Origin: the human T2T-CHM13v2.0 reference genome, Homo sapiens
Assembly: GCF_009914755.1 (NCBI RefSeq)
Contig: NC_060935.1
Direction: 5' to 3' (one strand)
DNA length: 64,000 bases
This document shows positions 1-13,061 of this stretch, in pieces (the first letter of the stretch is position 1; each line of letters opens with the position of its first letter). Position numbers and translations under genes: made by a program. The notes beneath the pieces are model-generated. The model saw only the letters and a program-made list of their open reading frames with translations, was not told the origin of the DNA and made no database searches.

Positions 1-102
1 TAAGCATGGAGCCACACCGACCTGGGTTAATGTTCATCTCTGATACTATCTGTACTCTAAAATAAAATTGAGCATTAATTTCCCCTACTGAGATGGATAT
101 GA

Positions 103-534
<432 letters not shown>

Positions 535-716
535 TAGCAGATATAAATCTGTAATTAGCCTCCCTAAAACAACTTCTCACTAGTCCTCATGCCTTCTTCC
601 TGGAGTTAATAGAAGATAGTTGTTTCCTCCAGAATCATCTCCTCTACCTCAGGAAAGTCATTAAAGAAACACTGGAAGCAAGATTTTTTACTTAAAATGT
701 GTCTGAGATTGCAAGC

Positions 717-1080
717 TGCTATGGTTTAAATGTCTGCCAATCATCATGCATTAGAAACTGAATCCCCAGAGCAAGTGTTGAGAGGTGAGCCTTTTAAGAA
801 GTGAACAGGTTGTGAGGGCTCTTCCCTCATGAATAAATTATTGTCATTATTGTGGGAGAGGGTTTCTAACCAAAGGATATGTTCCAGTCTCCTTTCTTCT
901 CTCTCTCAGGTACCTGTGCTATTTTGCCTTTCTGCTTTTCACCATGGGATCACAGCAAGAAGGCCCTTTCTAGATATCATCCCCTTAATGACAGACTTCT
1001 CAGCCTCCAGAATTATAAAAAATAAATCTCTTGCTCTATAAATTACCCAGTCTCTGGTATTCTGTTAATGGACTAAGGCA
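717..1080 (+). mobile_element. MaLR solo LTR (MSTC/MSTD/MLT1A-like)
   Basis: Starts tgctatggtttaaatg, contains ccctcatgaat and aataaa...aattacccagtc, ends ggactaaggca. Confidence 0.85.
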
Positions 1081-1790
1081 CAACCCTTCATAAGAAAATT
1101 CTTCCTAAGATTGTTTCAATACCTTGACTTGATATAGAGGTACTGAAGGCATTTGAGCATTTTTCTCAGTACACTCAGATTCTATATTTCATAAATATAG
1201 TTACCCAAATTAACTCCAATATTTCAGATGTGATCTTACCAAAATTAAAAATATAATACACAGTATTCTATCATCTGGATGTTGTACATCTATTAGAATA
1301 GGTAATAGTTGTGTGAATTTGGTGAGCCACTACATCATACAGCCCATTAATAATGTTTTTATTTTATAAAAATTCCTGGATGCCTTTTTTTTTCCATCTG
1401 AGTCCTGAGTTAAAATTGCAGCTCCACTGGCCTTTTGATCTGGGATATGCTGTTTAACTTTCAAGGTCCCAGTTTTCTATCACATGCCAGCAGGTTAATA
1501 AGTGTTGCTTCCCTTACATTTCTCAACTACCTTCTTCATTCTCAACCATTCAGTTGGATGCTTAAGTGACAGATGCAATGGTAGGTACCTGATGGCTTAC
1601 AAGAGAAACAGACCAAGATTGTGAAGAACCTGCCATTTTATGATCTGTATCAATAACTGTACTGGGGTGTCTAGCATCTGCTGACAGTAATTCTCAGGTG
1701 AGCATGGGGATTCCAGGTAGCAACAGGTGAATAGAACTCATTGGATCATTATAATATATCATCAGTATGTGAGAGTCAAAAGTAAGGTAT

Positions 1791-1792
1791 AC

Positions 1793-1823
<31 letters not shown>
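1791..1823. repeat. (CA)n microsatellite
   Basis: Direct read of the AC dinucleotide run. Confidence 0.95.
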
Positions 1824-3359
1824 CTGTGCACGGGTGCATGCACACACATAACTTACACCATGCTCCAAATCCTGGAAGCATTTGTGTCAGTGAGTGTGTA
1901 AAATAGAAGCTGGCTCATCTTCCAATGGGAACTAAAAGTGTTTTGCTTTGTGATCATGGCTCCCTGAGTTTATGTGTTTAATCCCAAATTTTTCATAACA
2001 AGGTTGGAAAGTTGGAAAGGTTTTTTTAATAATTCCATGCCTTACAGTCTGTGTGCCTCATGAGAAAGGTCAGCCATGGTCACCTTTCTTTCATTACATT
2101 TCTACTCTGCTAATAAACTCCATCTGAAACAGCCAGGCTGAAAAAAGTGACTTTCCTGTGGAGAAGGTTTTTCTCTTTTTCCTACTTAATTAGCTACACT
2201 TTAGGTAGGGTGACTGGAGGGGAGCTGGGAACATTATTTAAAGCTCCAGGGAGAGCCAGACTTTGTCCTATTACTACAAACCAAACCAAATCAAGTGAAT
2301 CAATTTAAGCTGAACAGACCATATTCTGCTAAATGTACCTTAATTGTAGAGAATGTATGGTGCACTTTTAAAATCACATTTTAATGATCCTGGGGAGTAA
2401 AAACATGCATTTGAGCTTAAAATTTTTTCATTCACTGATCCAAACTATTTATTGAGTAGCTACTAATCTGAGCAATTTAGCTCAGCGAATGTTATGCTTG
2501 TTGGAGATAAACTTAGATTTGATTTTCATTTTCACCAGTTTCTAGTGAGTGTTTTTTTTTTAATTTACTTACATTCTCTGAGTCGTTCTCTGCAAAATGC
2601 TATAATAATGTCATTTTCATAGAGTTAATTATGATAAGAGACTATATGACAAGTAGTATGTATTCAATAAGTGGGATATATTGTATTAATATTAAAAAAC
2701 TAAAAACACTTTGGGATTCTCCTCCCAAAAATTTGCTCTTTGACGCTTGAGAGCTTACATTAAAAGAAATCAACTAAATGCTACCAGAGGTTAATTGCTG
2801 AGAAGTCAACCTATTATGGATCTTGAAAGTTCTGTGTAAATTTAATCCCAGATAGAAAATTTACTGACCTTTGTTTGGGGGTTAACTAAAATACCAAGAT
2901 GACATTTTAAATAATAAAATCATCTCCTTAATATTCAATTCACAGAAAACTGATTCTTTCAGTATTATTAAACCTGCTTTATAGGATAATGCCACCCACT
3001 CTAGTTCCCTGGTGATCACTAATGCACAAATTAAGGAAGTTAGAAAATACTGCATCTCACATTTTATTTTATAAGTCTATCAAAATGAAATAAAAAATTA
3101 GGGGAAATATTAGTAAATCATGATATAAGGACATTAGAGTATTTTGTATTGTTATTAAAATAGTAATTATTAAGATGATGTAGAAAAGCAGTTCTCTAAA
3201 AGTAAAAAAAAAATAAAAAAATAAAAATAAAAAAGTCATGAGCCCTTACTGTACACCATCCAGCATCCATTTTTGCTTTCAGACTTATCTAATTTTGTTG
3301 GCTATCTTCCTGCCTTATCTCGTAGGCAGCAAACTTCTGAATTTGTTTGCTTGCTTTAC

Positions 3360-3830
3360 GGGAATGCTATTCTCACTGCCAGTGATTGGTTTAGGAAAAT
3401 GTACATGACCAGGTTCTAGACAAAAGGGCATCATGACAATCTCATGGGGGATTTCATGGAAAATGACCTTGGTCTTAAGAAATACCTGTAAGAAGAGGTA
3501 GGCTCTCTCTGCTTCCTTGAGAGATCACCTTATGTGTATGTGATACCTAGACACACTACAGCCATCTCGCAGCCAGAGAAGAAAAACAACATTCAGCATG
3601 CTTGTTTGCCGTGGTGAAAGACACCTGAGGCCCTGACCTCTATGATCACATTTCTCACCTTTTTGGTAAAATATTCTTATGCTTCTATCATCTTGTTTTA
3701 TTGAATAAGCTGACACTAAATAAACCCACTCTGCCTCTGGACTTCCTGATATGAGATGACTGGCCTTATAGTATAAATCAGTTTGTGTTAGGATTGATGT
3801 TTCTTTTAGCTGAAAGAATTATCACTAAGA
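3360..3830 (+). mobile_element. Old MLT1 (MLT1I/J-like) LTR remnant
   Basis: agtgattggtttagg...catgacc near the start; ctctggacttcctg...agctgaaag near the end; highly diverged. Confidence 0.55.
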
Positions 3831-4215
3831 CGGTAACTTTCTAAAATATAAATACATATGGACAAAGATTGGAGTAAATATATATACATGAAAAATGTTT
3901 TTAATTGTTCAAATATTTTGTATGTTGTTAAATCATATTTTCAAAGAAGAGAAAAAAATCGATTCATTCTGGTTATACGGGCAAATGCTCTGTTAGTGGC
4001 TCAATATTTCTATTTGTGAATATTGTATAAAACCTGTATCTATTATCTTCTCAGACTGTTTATTCAGCAGATTCTCAAAAACAAACAAAAAAAAAGCAGT
4101 TACCAAAAACAAAAAAGTAACTATCTGGACTCTAATCTTTCTGTAATACATATAGTGAAATCCAAAACTATTCCTTCAAGCCAAGCATAGTATGTCTAGA
4201 AAAATGAAGAAACAA

Positions 4216-4614
<399 letters not shown>

Positions 4615-4804
4615 TCAGGTGACCATGTCTCAGGCATATTTTTCAATCTAAACTACATCTTATTTCTGACTTGACCTGAGATTCTTCTCTGGAAAATGTA
4701 CCTTTTCTTGTTATTCTGGCTCCCATGGTACTTGGGCAGTTTTGGGTCCAATATCCCCTTCTCAATAGCCACTCTTTCTTCTTTCAGTTTGACACAGCAG
4801 GGCC

Positions 4805-5262
4805 TGTATTAGTTTATAATTGCTGCTTTCTGTGGGTCAGGAGTCCAGGCAAGCCTTCACTGGGTCCTCTAGGAAGGATCTCACAAGACGGCAATCATGG
4901 CGTTGACAGGGCTACATTCTTTTCTGGATCTCAGAACCTCCCCTAATATCAGGTAGTTGTTAACAGAATTCAGTTTCTTGAGATCATAAGGCTGAGGCAC
5001 CTGTTTTTTGCCAGCTGTTGGCCAGGCATCACTCTTAGTAACTAGAGTCTGGCTACAATTCTTTGACACGCAACATTGTCATGACATGGCTTCTTATTTC
5101 TTTGAATCCAGCAAGATAATCTCTTGCTCCAGTCTGCTAAAGCAAAGTCTTTTATATATAATTCTATTGACTAGAGGCAAGGTGCAGGTACTTCCTGTGT
5201 CCGAGGAGAGGGGATATACAATGGTATGACTTCCTGGGGGTTACAATAAGGTGTGTCTGCCA
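4805..5262 (-). mobile_element. MLT1E/F-type MaLR LTR
   Basis: tgtattagttt terminus; ctgtgggtcaggagtcc...ctgggtcctct; aacagaattcagtttcttg. Confidence 0.75.
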
Positions 5263-5428
5263 GTGACCCTGTACTCCTGGTGCCCTCTGTTCACCTTCTA
5301 CACCACTGCCACTCAACTCCTTTACAGAGGCAACTAGTGTTCAGAGACTCTACTTGCCAGATAGTGGTGGCAAGCAGACTTAAAGTCAGATATATCTGGA
5401 TACAAATTCTATTGCCCCTTTTTATTAG

Positions 5429-5730
5429 TGTATTAGTCCGTTCTCACACTGTTGTAAAGAAATACCTGAGACTGGAAAATTTATAAAGAAAAGAGGTTTA
5501 ATTGGTTCATGGTTCCACAGGCTGAACAGGAAACATGATGCTGGCATCTGCTAGGCTTCTTGGGAAGCCTCAGGAAACTTATAAACATTGTGGAAAGCAA
5601 AGGGGGAATGAGCACTTCACACGACCAGAGCAGGCGGATGAGAGGTGACAGGCAGGTGCCACACACTTTTAAACAACCAGATCTTGCGAACATTCCCAAT
5701 CACTATCCCAAGTACAGCACCGAGGGGGAT
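5429..5730 (-). mobile_element. MSTA/MSTB LTR, 5'-truncated
   Basis: tgtattagtccgttctcacactg...aaatacctgagactgg...aaacaaccagatct; stops at gggggat. Confidence 0.9.
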
Positions 5731-6344
5731 ATCTGCCCTACTCCTGGTATCAAAATCTGTTTTAGTCACAGTTCTCCAGAGAGACAAAACAGGATATATG
5801 TATATATGAAAGGGAGTTTATTAGGGAGAATTGACTCACATCATTACAAGATAAAGTCCCACAATAGGCCATCTGCAAACTGGAGAAGACAGGAGTCAGT
5901 AGTGGCTCAGTTAGCCTCTGAGAGGCTCAAAATCAGGGAAGCTGACAGTGCAGCCTTCAGTCTGTGACCAAAAGCCTGAAAGACCCCAGCAAACCATTGG
6001 TGAAAGTTTCAAAGGCCAATGGCCAAAGAACCTGGATTCTGATGTCCAGGGGCAGGAGGAGCAGAAGGAAGCATCCATCATGGGAATAATAAGGAAGCCA
6101 GAAGCCTCAGCAAGCAAACTTATTCCACCTTCTTCCACCTGCTTTGTTCTAGCCATGATGACAGGCAGTAGGATGGTGCCCAACCATATTGAGGTTGAAT
6201 CTTCCTATCTCAGTACACTGACTCAAATGTCAATCTCTTCTGGCAACACCTACACCCTCACAGACACACCCAGAAACAACACTTCACCAGCCATCTAGGC
6301 ATCCTTCAATCCAATCAAGTTGACACCTAATATTAACCATCCCA
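5731..6344 (-). mobile_element. MLT2A (ERVL) LTR 5758-6344 with adjoining PBS-side internal stub 5731-5757
   Basis: ctcctggtatcaaaatc (reverse complement of the gattttggtaccagg-type ERVL start) abuts the LTR; other end caatccaatcaagttgacacctaatattaaccatc. Confidence 0.88.
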
Positions 6345-7489
6345 ATTACTTAACTTCCTCATCTGTAGAATGTAAAATATTTTAGGTTAAAATTTTCACA
6401 GGACTGTTATGAAAACTAAACTAGGTAATACACAGAAAAAATGTTAATACAGTGCTTGATACTTGGTAGAAACTCAAAATGGGCATTTATTAAAAGTAAA
6501 AGTTTACAATTTTTGTGTACATGCTTTGAAACAGATAATTTTTTAAAAAATACAAACACACTTGAGCATGCCACTTCCTCCTTTAAAACTCTCCAAAGTT
6601 CCTATTGCTCTCAAAATAAACCTTCACAATGGCCTATCAAGTTCTGCAATGACATGGTCTTTGTGACTTGGTCTCTCCCCACACTCCTCCCCTGGATGTG
6701 GGCTTTCTTTAAGTCTCTTAAAGACTGTGCTTCTCACCACGGCTCTTTGCAGGAGCTCATCTCTCTACCTTGCTCTCTTCTGTAACATTTATCTTATATG
6801 ATCTCATTTGTTTTTGCTACAGCTCTAGTATATACATATTATTAATTTCAGTTTATGGAAGAGACTAGAAGTTGAGTTGTTCTTCTAAGAATATATACAA
6901 TTAAAAAGAGTGACCTAAGATTGGAATCCTGGGGCTGTCTGATTCTATGCCCCATTCTCTTTCCTAATCAGATTGCTTCTCTAAATATGAACCTGCAAAC
7001 GTACTTGTTTTCTCTATTGACTTTTGAGGGAAATATTTAGGGCAGCATTAACGAGTATCTACATTTAAAATCTATAAATGTGATTTGCGTCTTCTATCTC
7101 TAGTTCCCCTATTGGTACCCACCCCGATAGAAATAAATTAAACCAGTCTGGATAAAATAAGGGCCTTTTTAGCTACCATCCAAAATCTAATTATGACTTT
7201 AAAATATTCTGTAATGACACTATATTATGGAGATAGAGTCTCCCCTGAGTGTTTACATTACCATTCCCTGTGTAAGTGGGAGAGGAAGCATAATGAAGAT
7301 GGTTGATATTTACCGCAAAGGATTAAACCAGATCAATGGATATGAATCACCTAGAATAGTGCCTAAAATATAGCAGTTGCTCAATAAATTTTGTATATTA
7401 TCTTATTTACTCAAAGAAGTCTTTTTTTCTTTTGGCCCATTCTGGTGACATACCAATGATAACACTCAATTTGACTGATATACTTTGGG

Positions 7490-7715
7490 GTTATGGGCCT
7501 GAGTCAGAATCCTAGCTTCTTCATTTATTACCTGAGTGGCCTTGGGCAAGTTACTTAACCTCTCTGTGCCCCAGTTTTGTCATCTGTAGTAAGAGAATAA
7601 TAGTGATACCTTCCTCATAGGGTTGTGACGAGATAAAACGAGTTACTTTTAGAGAGAGCTGACAATTGTGTTGCATACACAGTAAGTACTACGTAAGTGC
7701 TTGATAAATAAATAA
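7490..7715 (+). mobile_element. MIR
   Basis: Core ccttgggcaagttacttaacctctctgtgccccagttttgtcatctgta. Confidence 0.9.
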
Positions 7716-8686
7716 AACATTTACTGGAAACCAATTATAGAGCAAGTTAATTTAATACACATGCACATATACACACACCCACACCCACACCCACAGAGAC
7801 AGAGAGAGAGAATTTTCAATCAGATTATCAACAGACTCTTAAGGAATTTAGAATCTTGTTACGGGAAATAATACATTCAGGGAAAATAATTTTAGGAAAA
7901 TATAAAGTTACAAGTTTTAGACAAGTAAGTAAAAGGCTTTATTGTGCTCGAGGTTCCTAAAGAACACTTTATATGTTATATAATTTTGAGAGTGATATAT
8001 TATTATTGTTGCTGAAGCAACTAAGTTTGGAAGATGGTAGATGCTAAAACGCTATAGACTATAAGTAGTCAAATGGCAACCTAGAACTTTGATTGTAAAT
8101 TGCAATTCATTCATTTATTCATTCATCCATCCACTTACTTACTCACCCATTTATTCACTAAAATTTACTGTGTTTCATGTGTATTTCACATAGTAGCCAG
8201 ATTATCTGAAATACAGGAATTTCCTATTCATTGAGATAGTGCTAAAATCAGTCCTCTTGAAAATGATTGTTTCAGTAAGGTGGAAAAGAATATTTACATG
8301 GGGTTTGTATTTCTAAGCAGCTGGCTTGAGTAGGGACCAGTCAGGCCCCCTTTTGCATACCTGTTTTTGTTTTGTTTTGTTTTTCCAACATTCCTCCCCT
8401 TTCCCCTTCTGCGCCACCTTGGCTAAGATGATGTGGAAGCAATTAGACAGAATGCATGCTCCAACTGGAGAAAGGGAAGGACATCTGAATGCCAAATAAC
8501 CACAGTGGGCATTCCCTCCAGGTCACTTTGAGTAAGCCCATCCAACCCCCATAAAGATACTACCGGTGCCTAGAAAAAAGGTGGCCCAGACATATCCTAG
8601 AAACACTCTCATTTGCTCTCAGATATTTTCACTTCATTATTATTATTATCATCATCATCATCATCAGGGTATATAACTAAACCAAA

Positions 8687-8890
8687 TTTTATTTTAGATT
8701 CAGGAGGTACATATGCAAATTTGTTACATGGGTATACTGTGTGATGCTGAGGCTTGAGGTACAATTGATCCTGTCACACAGGTAGTGAACATAGTTCCCA
8801 ATAGGTAGTTTTTAACCCTTGTTCCTCTCCCTCTCTCATTCTTCCCTCTAGTAGTCCCCATAGTCTATTTAGTTCCTATCTTTATGTCCA
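8687..8890 (-). mobile_element. L1 3' end fragment (L1PA15/16-like)
   Basis: ttttattttagattcaggaggtacatatgcaaatttgttacatgggtata...agtagtcccca. Confidence 0.85.
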
Positions 8891-9203
8891 CTTTTACACA
8901 TATTTTTATAAAAACAATCAATATGGTATTAGAATGCTGTCCTTAACTTGTTTTCATTTATCACATCATGAATATCTTTTCATGCTAAAGCATAATGCAT
9001 ATTCAGCAATATGTTTATAGTTGCATAGTAGTCCATGGAATAGAAGATGTATGTAACAGATTCTTCCTGGAAGATATTTCCTATTGGCTCTTTGATTCTG
9101 CTCTTTGTCTCTGTTCTCCACCCCTCCTTCTCTTCCTTTCTTTCTTTTCCTTCAACAGATATCAATTGATTGGCTTCCCAGTATCAAGCTTATGCACAGA
9201 TGT

Positions 9204-9495
9204 ACTAGAAACCCTTGAAGAAGGGTGGGTAAAGGGACAGGCCCCAGAACCAGATGGATCATCTGCATCACAGCTCCCACACTTATGTCTTGGGACAAAA
9301 GGCCTATGCTTCTCTTTCCCACTACTGACACACGATTTCAGACTAATTAACTTGGTTTTCTTCAGCATTTTTCTCCAAAATGTAACCTTTAGATTAACTC
9401 CTCAATCCCCCACACAACTACTTCCTAGAGGGCCCTATTACCTTTTTTTTTTTTTTTTCCAAATCTTCTCATTTAGGCATCCTCCTCATTCATAT
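9204..9495 (+). repeat. Left arm of an unassigned diverged inverted repeat
   Basis: Manual alignment to the reverse complement of 10322-10626; about 76% identity over a 201-nt gap-free core. Confidence 0.9.
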
Positions 9496-10057
9496 TCCTT
9501 CTCTCACTCTCCATAGATGTGTGATAACATTTTTTATTTTCTATGAGGAAATCCATGTATTCTATCAGAAAGATTTCAGAAAAAAGGAATTTATAACTAA
9601 TTGATCTCTACATCTGCTCTTTTGAATGATGTGTTTCCAACTTTTGAATTTTGCACATTACTTTCATCCAAAATATGTGGTTTATCATCATCTAGGGCAA
9701 ATCATATGCCTCCCTTTTAACTCCACCCTCTCCCAAGTTAATAGCCCTTTTGCTTCATCTAACATATTTTGACGTAGTAGCGGGGCAGGCACAGGTACAT
9801 ACACAGCACAGCATGTTAAACTATCCAATATATGATGCATATGCCAAGGATTTTGTTGTCTTTTACAGTGATATAAAACCTACATAATTCTGTCATGTCC
9901 AAAACTGAAAAAGAGAAAACACTGCAAGTCCACTGTCATCTCAGGTTTTACATCCTGTTTTACTCATTTGTACCCATTAGACTGGCTAGTTATTCTTGAC
10001 ACCATAAATCCTGTCTTATTTCTCTAGATTTTCTGTACAATTTTCTCATTTATGCAT

Positions 10058-10215
10058 GAAAAGAGAAAGAAAGAAAGAAAGAAAGAGAAAGAAAAGAAAA
10101 CGAGAAAAGAAAAGGGAAGGAAGGAAGGAAAGAAGGAAGGAGAGAAGACAGGAGGACGAGGAGAAGGGAGGGGAAGGAAGAAGAGAGGAAGAAAAGGAAA
10201 GGAAGGAAAGAAAGA
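10058..10215. repeat. GA-rich low-complexity purine tract
   Basis: (GAAA)/(GGAA)-type units, almost entirely purine on the + strand. Confidence 0.95.
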
Positions 10216-10321
10216 ACATAATTGGCACAGTTAGAGAGATGAACCAACTAATTAGATGAGGAAGCCAAAAGTTTGGTCTCCAGCCCCAGGTACATCCCTA
10301 TCTCCTCTGTATTCTGAAAGA

Positions 10322-10626
10322 TTATGAATAGGAAGGAAGCTCAAATACGAAGATGCAGAAAAAGGAAGTGGGAAGAAAGGACAGGATGGTCAGAGGTGCC
10401 ACTGGGAGGTTCTTGTGTGGGTAGTTGAGGATTTAAACTAAAAGTCCCATCTTGGAGAAAAATGCCAAAGAAAGCCAAGTTGGTAAATCCAAAAGCGTGG
10501 GTCAGCCATGGGAAAGAGAAGCGTAAGCCTCCTCTCACAATGCCTAAGTGTGGGGGCTGTGATTCAGATGATGTGTCTGGTTCGGGAGCCCTTGCCCTTT
10601 TCTATCTCTCTTCAAGGTTTCTAGTC
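10322..10626 (-). repeat. Right arm of the unassigned diverged inverted repeat
   Basis: Reverse complement reads actagaaaccttgaaga...gaaccagacacatcatctgaatcacagcccccacactta...gcatttttctccaagatg, matching 9204 onward. Confidence 0.9.
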
Positions 10627-12772
10627 AGTATCCCACTGCACATTGTGTAGTTAAATATTTTGCACCATATCCCTCAATACGCCTCCTGGACTTTCTCATC
10701 TATGCATTGGGACAGATAATAATTTTTGACAAAAAGAGGAGAGGGACTGTAAGATTTACAAGGAGGGGTGTAGAAAATTGGTAAGCACTGCTAACACTGA
10801 TTCACACTTTTGCTGAAAACCTGTTTAAATTTCTTTTTTAAATTTCATTGCTTGAGATAAATTAAAGCAACTAAGGGAAAGCAGCAAAACTGAAGCCATC
10901 TAGTCCAATTCATCATTTTCAACTCCCTGAGATTATATACACATATATATATATAATTTTTAAAAGCAAGATTCATGACCTTTTAACTGTAAACTATCAT
11001 AATTACAAACAAGTATTGCTCAGACAGACACCAGAGGCCAGGAAATTCTAAATGATTGTTACTGTTAGATATTTCTTGTGCATTCACAGCATAACAGATG
11101 CATTGCAGGATGTAACAAAGAACTCTCTCTACCTTCAAAGAGCTTACAGATATCACCAGGGAAAATTCATGGATTTATTGGTATAAGTAGTTTTTCTACA
11201 AATTGTATGTGTGGGTTTTTTTAAATTATTCTAATTGAAAGGATGATTCATCCTAAGTCTGCACATTATGGTAGAACAAACTTAAGTCTTCGAAATCAAG
11301 CCTCCCAAAAACCAAATTTCAGTGGCAACTCATTAACTACATAATGTTAATTCCTTTCAACCAGAATTATTATATCAATTATATGAGATACTACATATGA
11401 AAGTACCTAGCAGAGTGCTGGGCATGTAGGCATTCAATAAATACTAGTTTTTCTTTTCTTAACTATCATTTTTTTCCAATGGTGGGATATCAGACATCAC
11501 AACAGGTTGCTAAAAATTGTCTGTTATTGGAGGCAGCATGATTCAAAGAAAAGATCATGGACATTGGAGCCATATAAATGTGGGTCTAAATGTTGGCTTC
11601 TGGCTGGTAAGTAGCAGTAAAAGATTTGAATCTTCCTATGTCTGACACTGAAGCTATGCCTTTCTCACCATTCCACACTTCCAAGTCAAAATAAAATGTA
11701 ATCCCAAGGAATACTGAAAAGGCTTGGTAATTAATGTACAAAGTGGAGACTCTGGTTGTCTTCCTGCTTAGTTGAAGTTTTAGTGGTCTCAGATAATGGC
11801 TATACAATATTTCCAGGGGTCAGTTCATTTATCAATTCCCATCTAGTTTTTCTTCATGCTATCCAAGTATTGGTTTGCAGACTGGCTCAAAGGTCTCTGG
11901 ACAATGTAAAATCAAGAATGCTCCTCCTTTAGGGATCAGTGAATCAATTACCCTTAAAAGTGATAGCTTTTTCCTTAGGACAGCCCTTCCTAGATTTAAT
12001 AATTCACAACTCCAGTTCCTCATCCACCTTTTTAGAAGGCATAGAAATTTAACTAGTTTGAATTGAATACATCTATAGGCATTCTGGCCTCTACCCCTAA
12101 TCTGTCTGATTTTCTTTTTATATTCAGTTATTTCTGTATTTCCTTATTATACATAATCCCCTTGGGCTTGTATATATTTGAAACAATATGCTATTTGTTT
12201 CATGAGAAAAGGAAGGGTACAGGGAGGCCTGCTTTCTTTTATGGCAAAAATATTACAGGTTCCACAGTGCATCTGGGATTGGCAAGGTCTTCTTAGCACA
12301 TAAAGGGAAGGGGCACGGAAGGAAGGAATGTCAACCTGACAAATCATGTATTTTCCCCTTAGGAGGCAGAAGGCTTCAGAGAAAAGAGTACACTATTTTT
12401 CAAGTCACATAACTCAAATTTCCTATCTAAACTCTGTTTCTCTTTATCCCTGGGTCTGCTTGGGAATGGTACTTCTCCTCTATACCTGAATTTTCTCACC
12501 TGTAAAATCAGGATGACACGTGGTAATCTCATATGAGGATTAAACAAAACAGCCTATGCATGTGGTAGTTGGCACAGAACAGCCACTGAGCAACTATTAG
12601 TTTTGTATTCTAAGTCTTTAAGGTTCACGGAAGACTCACAGTAACACTTGCTGTTTTAAAGCAGGAAACACGGTGGTTTCTGTGTACAATTGCTGTATAA
12701 TATTTTTTTGATGAGTTGTACTTGTTTTGAGTTGATTCTGCATTACATATGCGGGATAAAGAAGACAGTAGA

Positions 12773-13061
12773 GGCTGGGTGTGGTGGCTCACGCCTGTAA
12801 TCCCAGCACTTTGGGAGGCTGAGGCGGGCAGATAACGAGACCATCCTGGCTAACACGGTGAAACCCCATCTCTACTAAAAATACAAAAAAATTAGCCGGG
12901 TGTGGTGGTGGGTGCCTGTAGTCCCAGCTACTCGGGAGGCTAAGGCAAGAGAATGACATGAACCCAGGAGGCATAGCTTGCAGTGAGCCAAGTTTAGGCC
13001 ACTGCACTCCAGCCTAGGCAACAGAGCGAGACTCCGTCTCAAAAAAAAAAAAAAAGAAAAG
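12773..13061 (+). mobile_element. AluY-type with a short left-arm deletion
   Basis: ccatcctggctaacacggtgaaacc and gcttgcagtgagcc diagnostics; gataacgagacc lacks gtcaggagatcgag. Confidence 0.95.

Larger units (their letters stand above)
5360..6492 (+). mobile_element. MIR split by LTR insertions (pieces about 5360-5428 and 6345-6492)
   Basis: MIR 5' half ends ...ttattag; resumes attacttaacttcctcatctgtagaatg...acagtgcttgatacttggtag. Confidence 0.65.

Noticed and set aside
8405-8425. CTCF-like gcgccaccttggc
   Set aside because: Only a partial core match; the 3' half departs from the consensus.
8995-9516. 173-aa ATG ORF with an acceptor-like ttccttcaacag at 9158
   Set aside because: No domain is recognisable, the pyrimidine tract and acceptor resemble an antisense L2 tail, and comparison with the other repeat arm shows no codon bias.
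10046-10259. Four overlapping K/E/R-rich or F/L/S-rich ORFs
   Set aside because: Artefacts of the GA-rich low-complexity tract.
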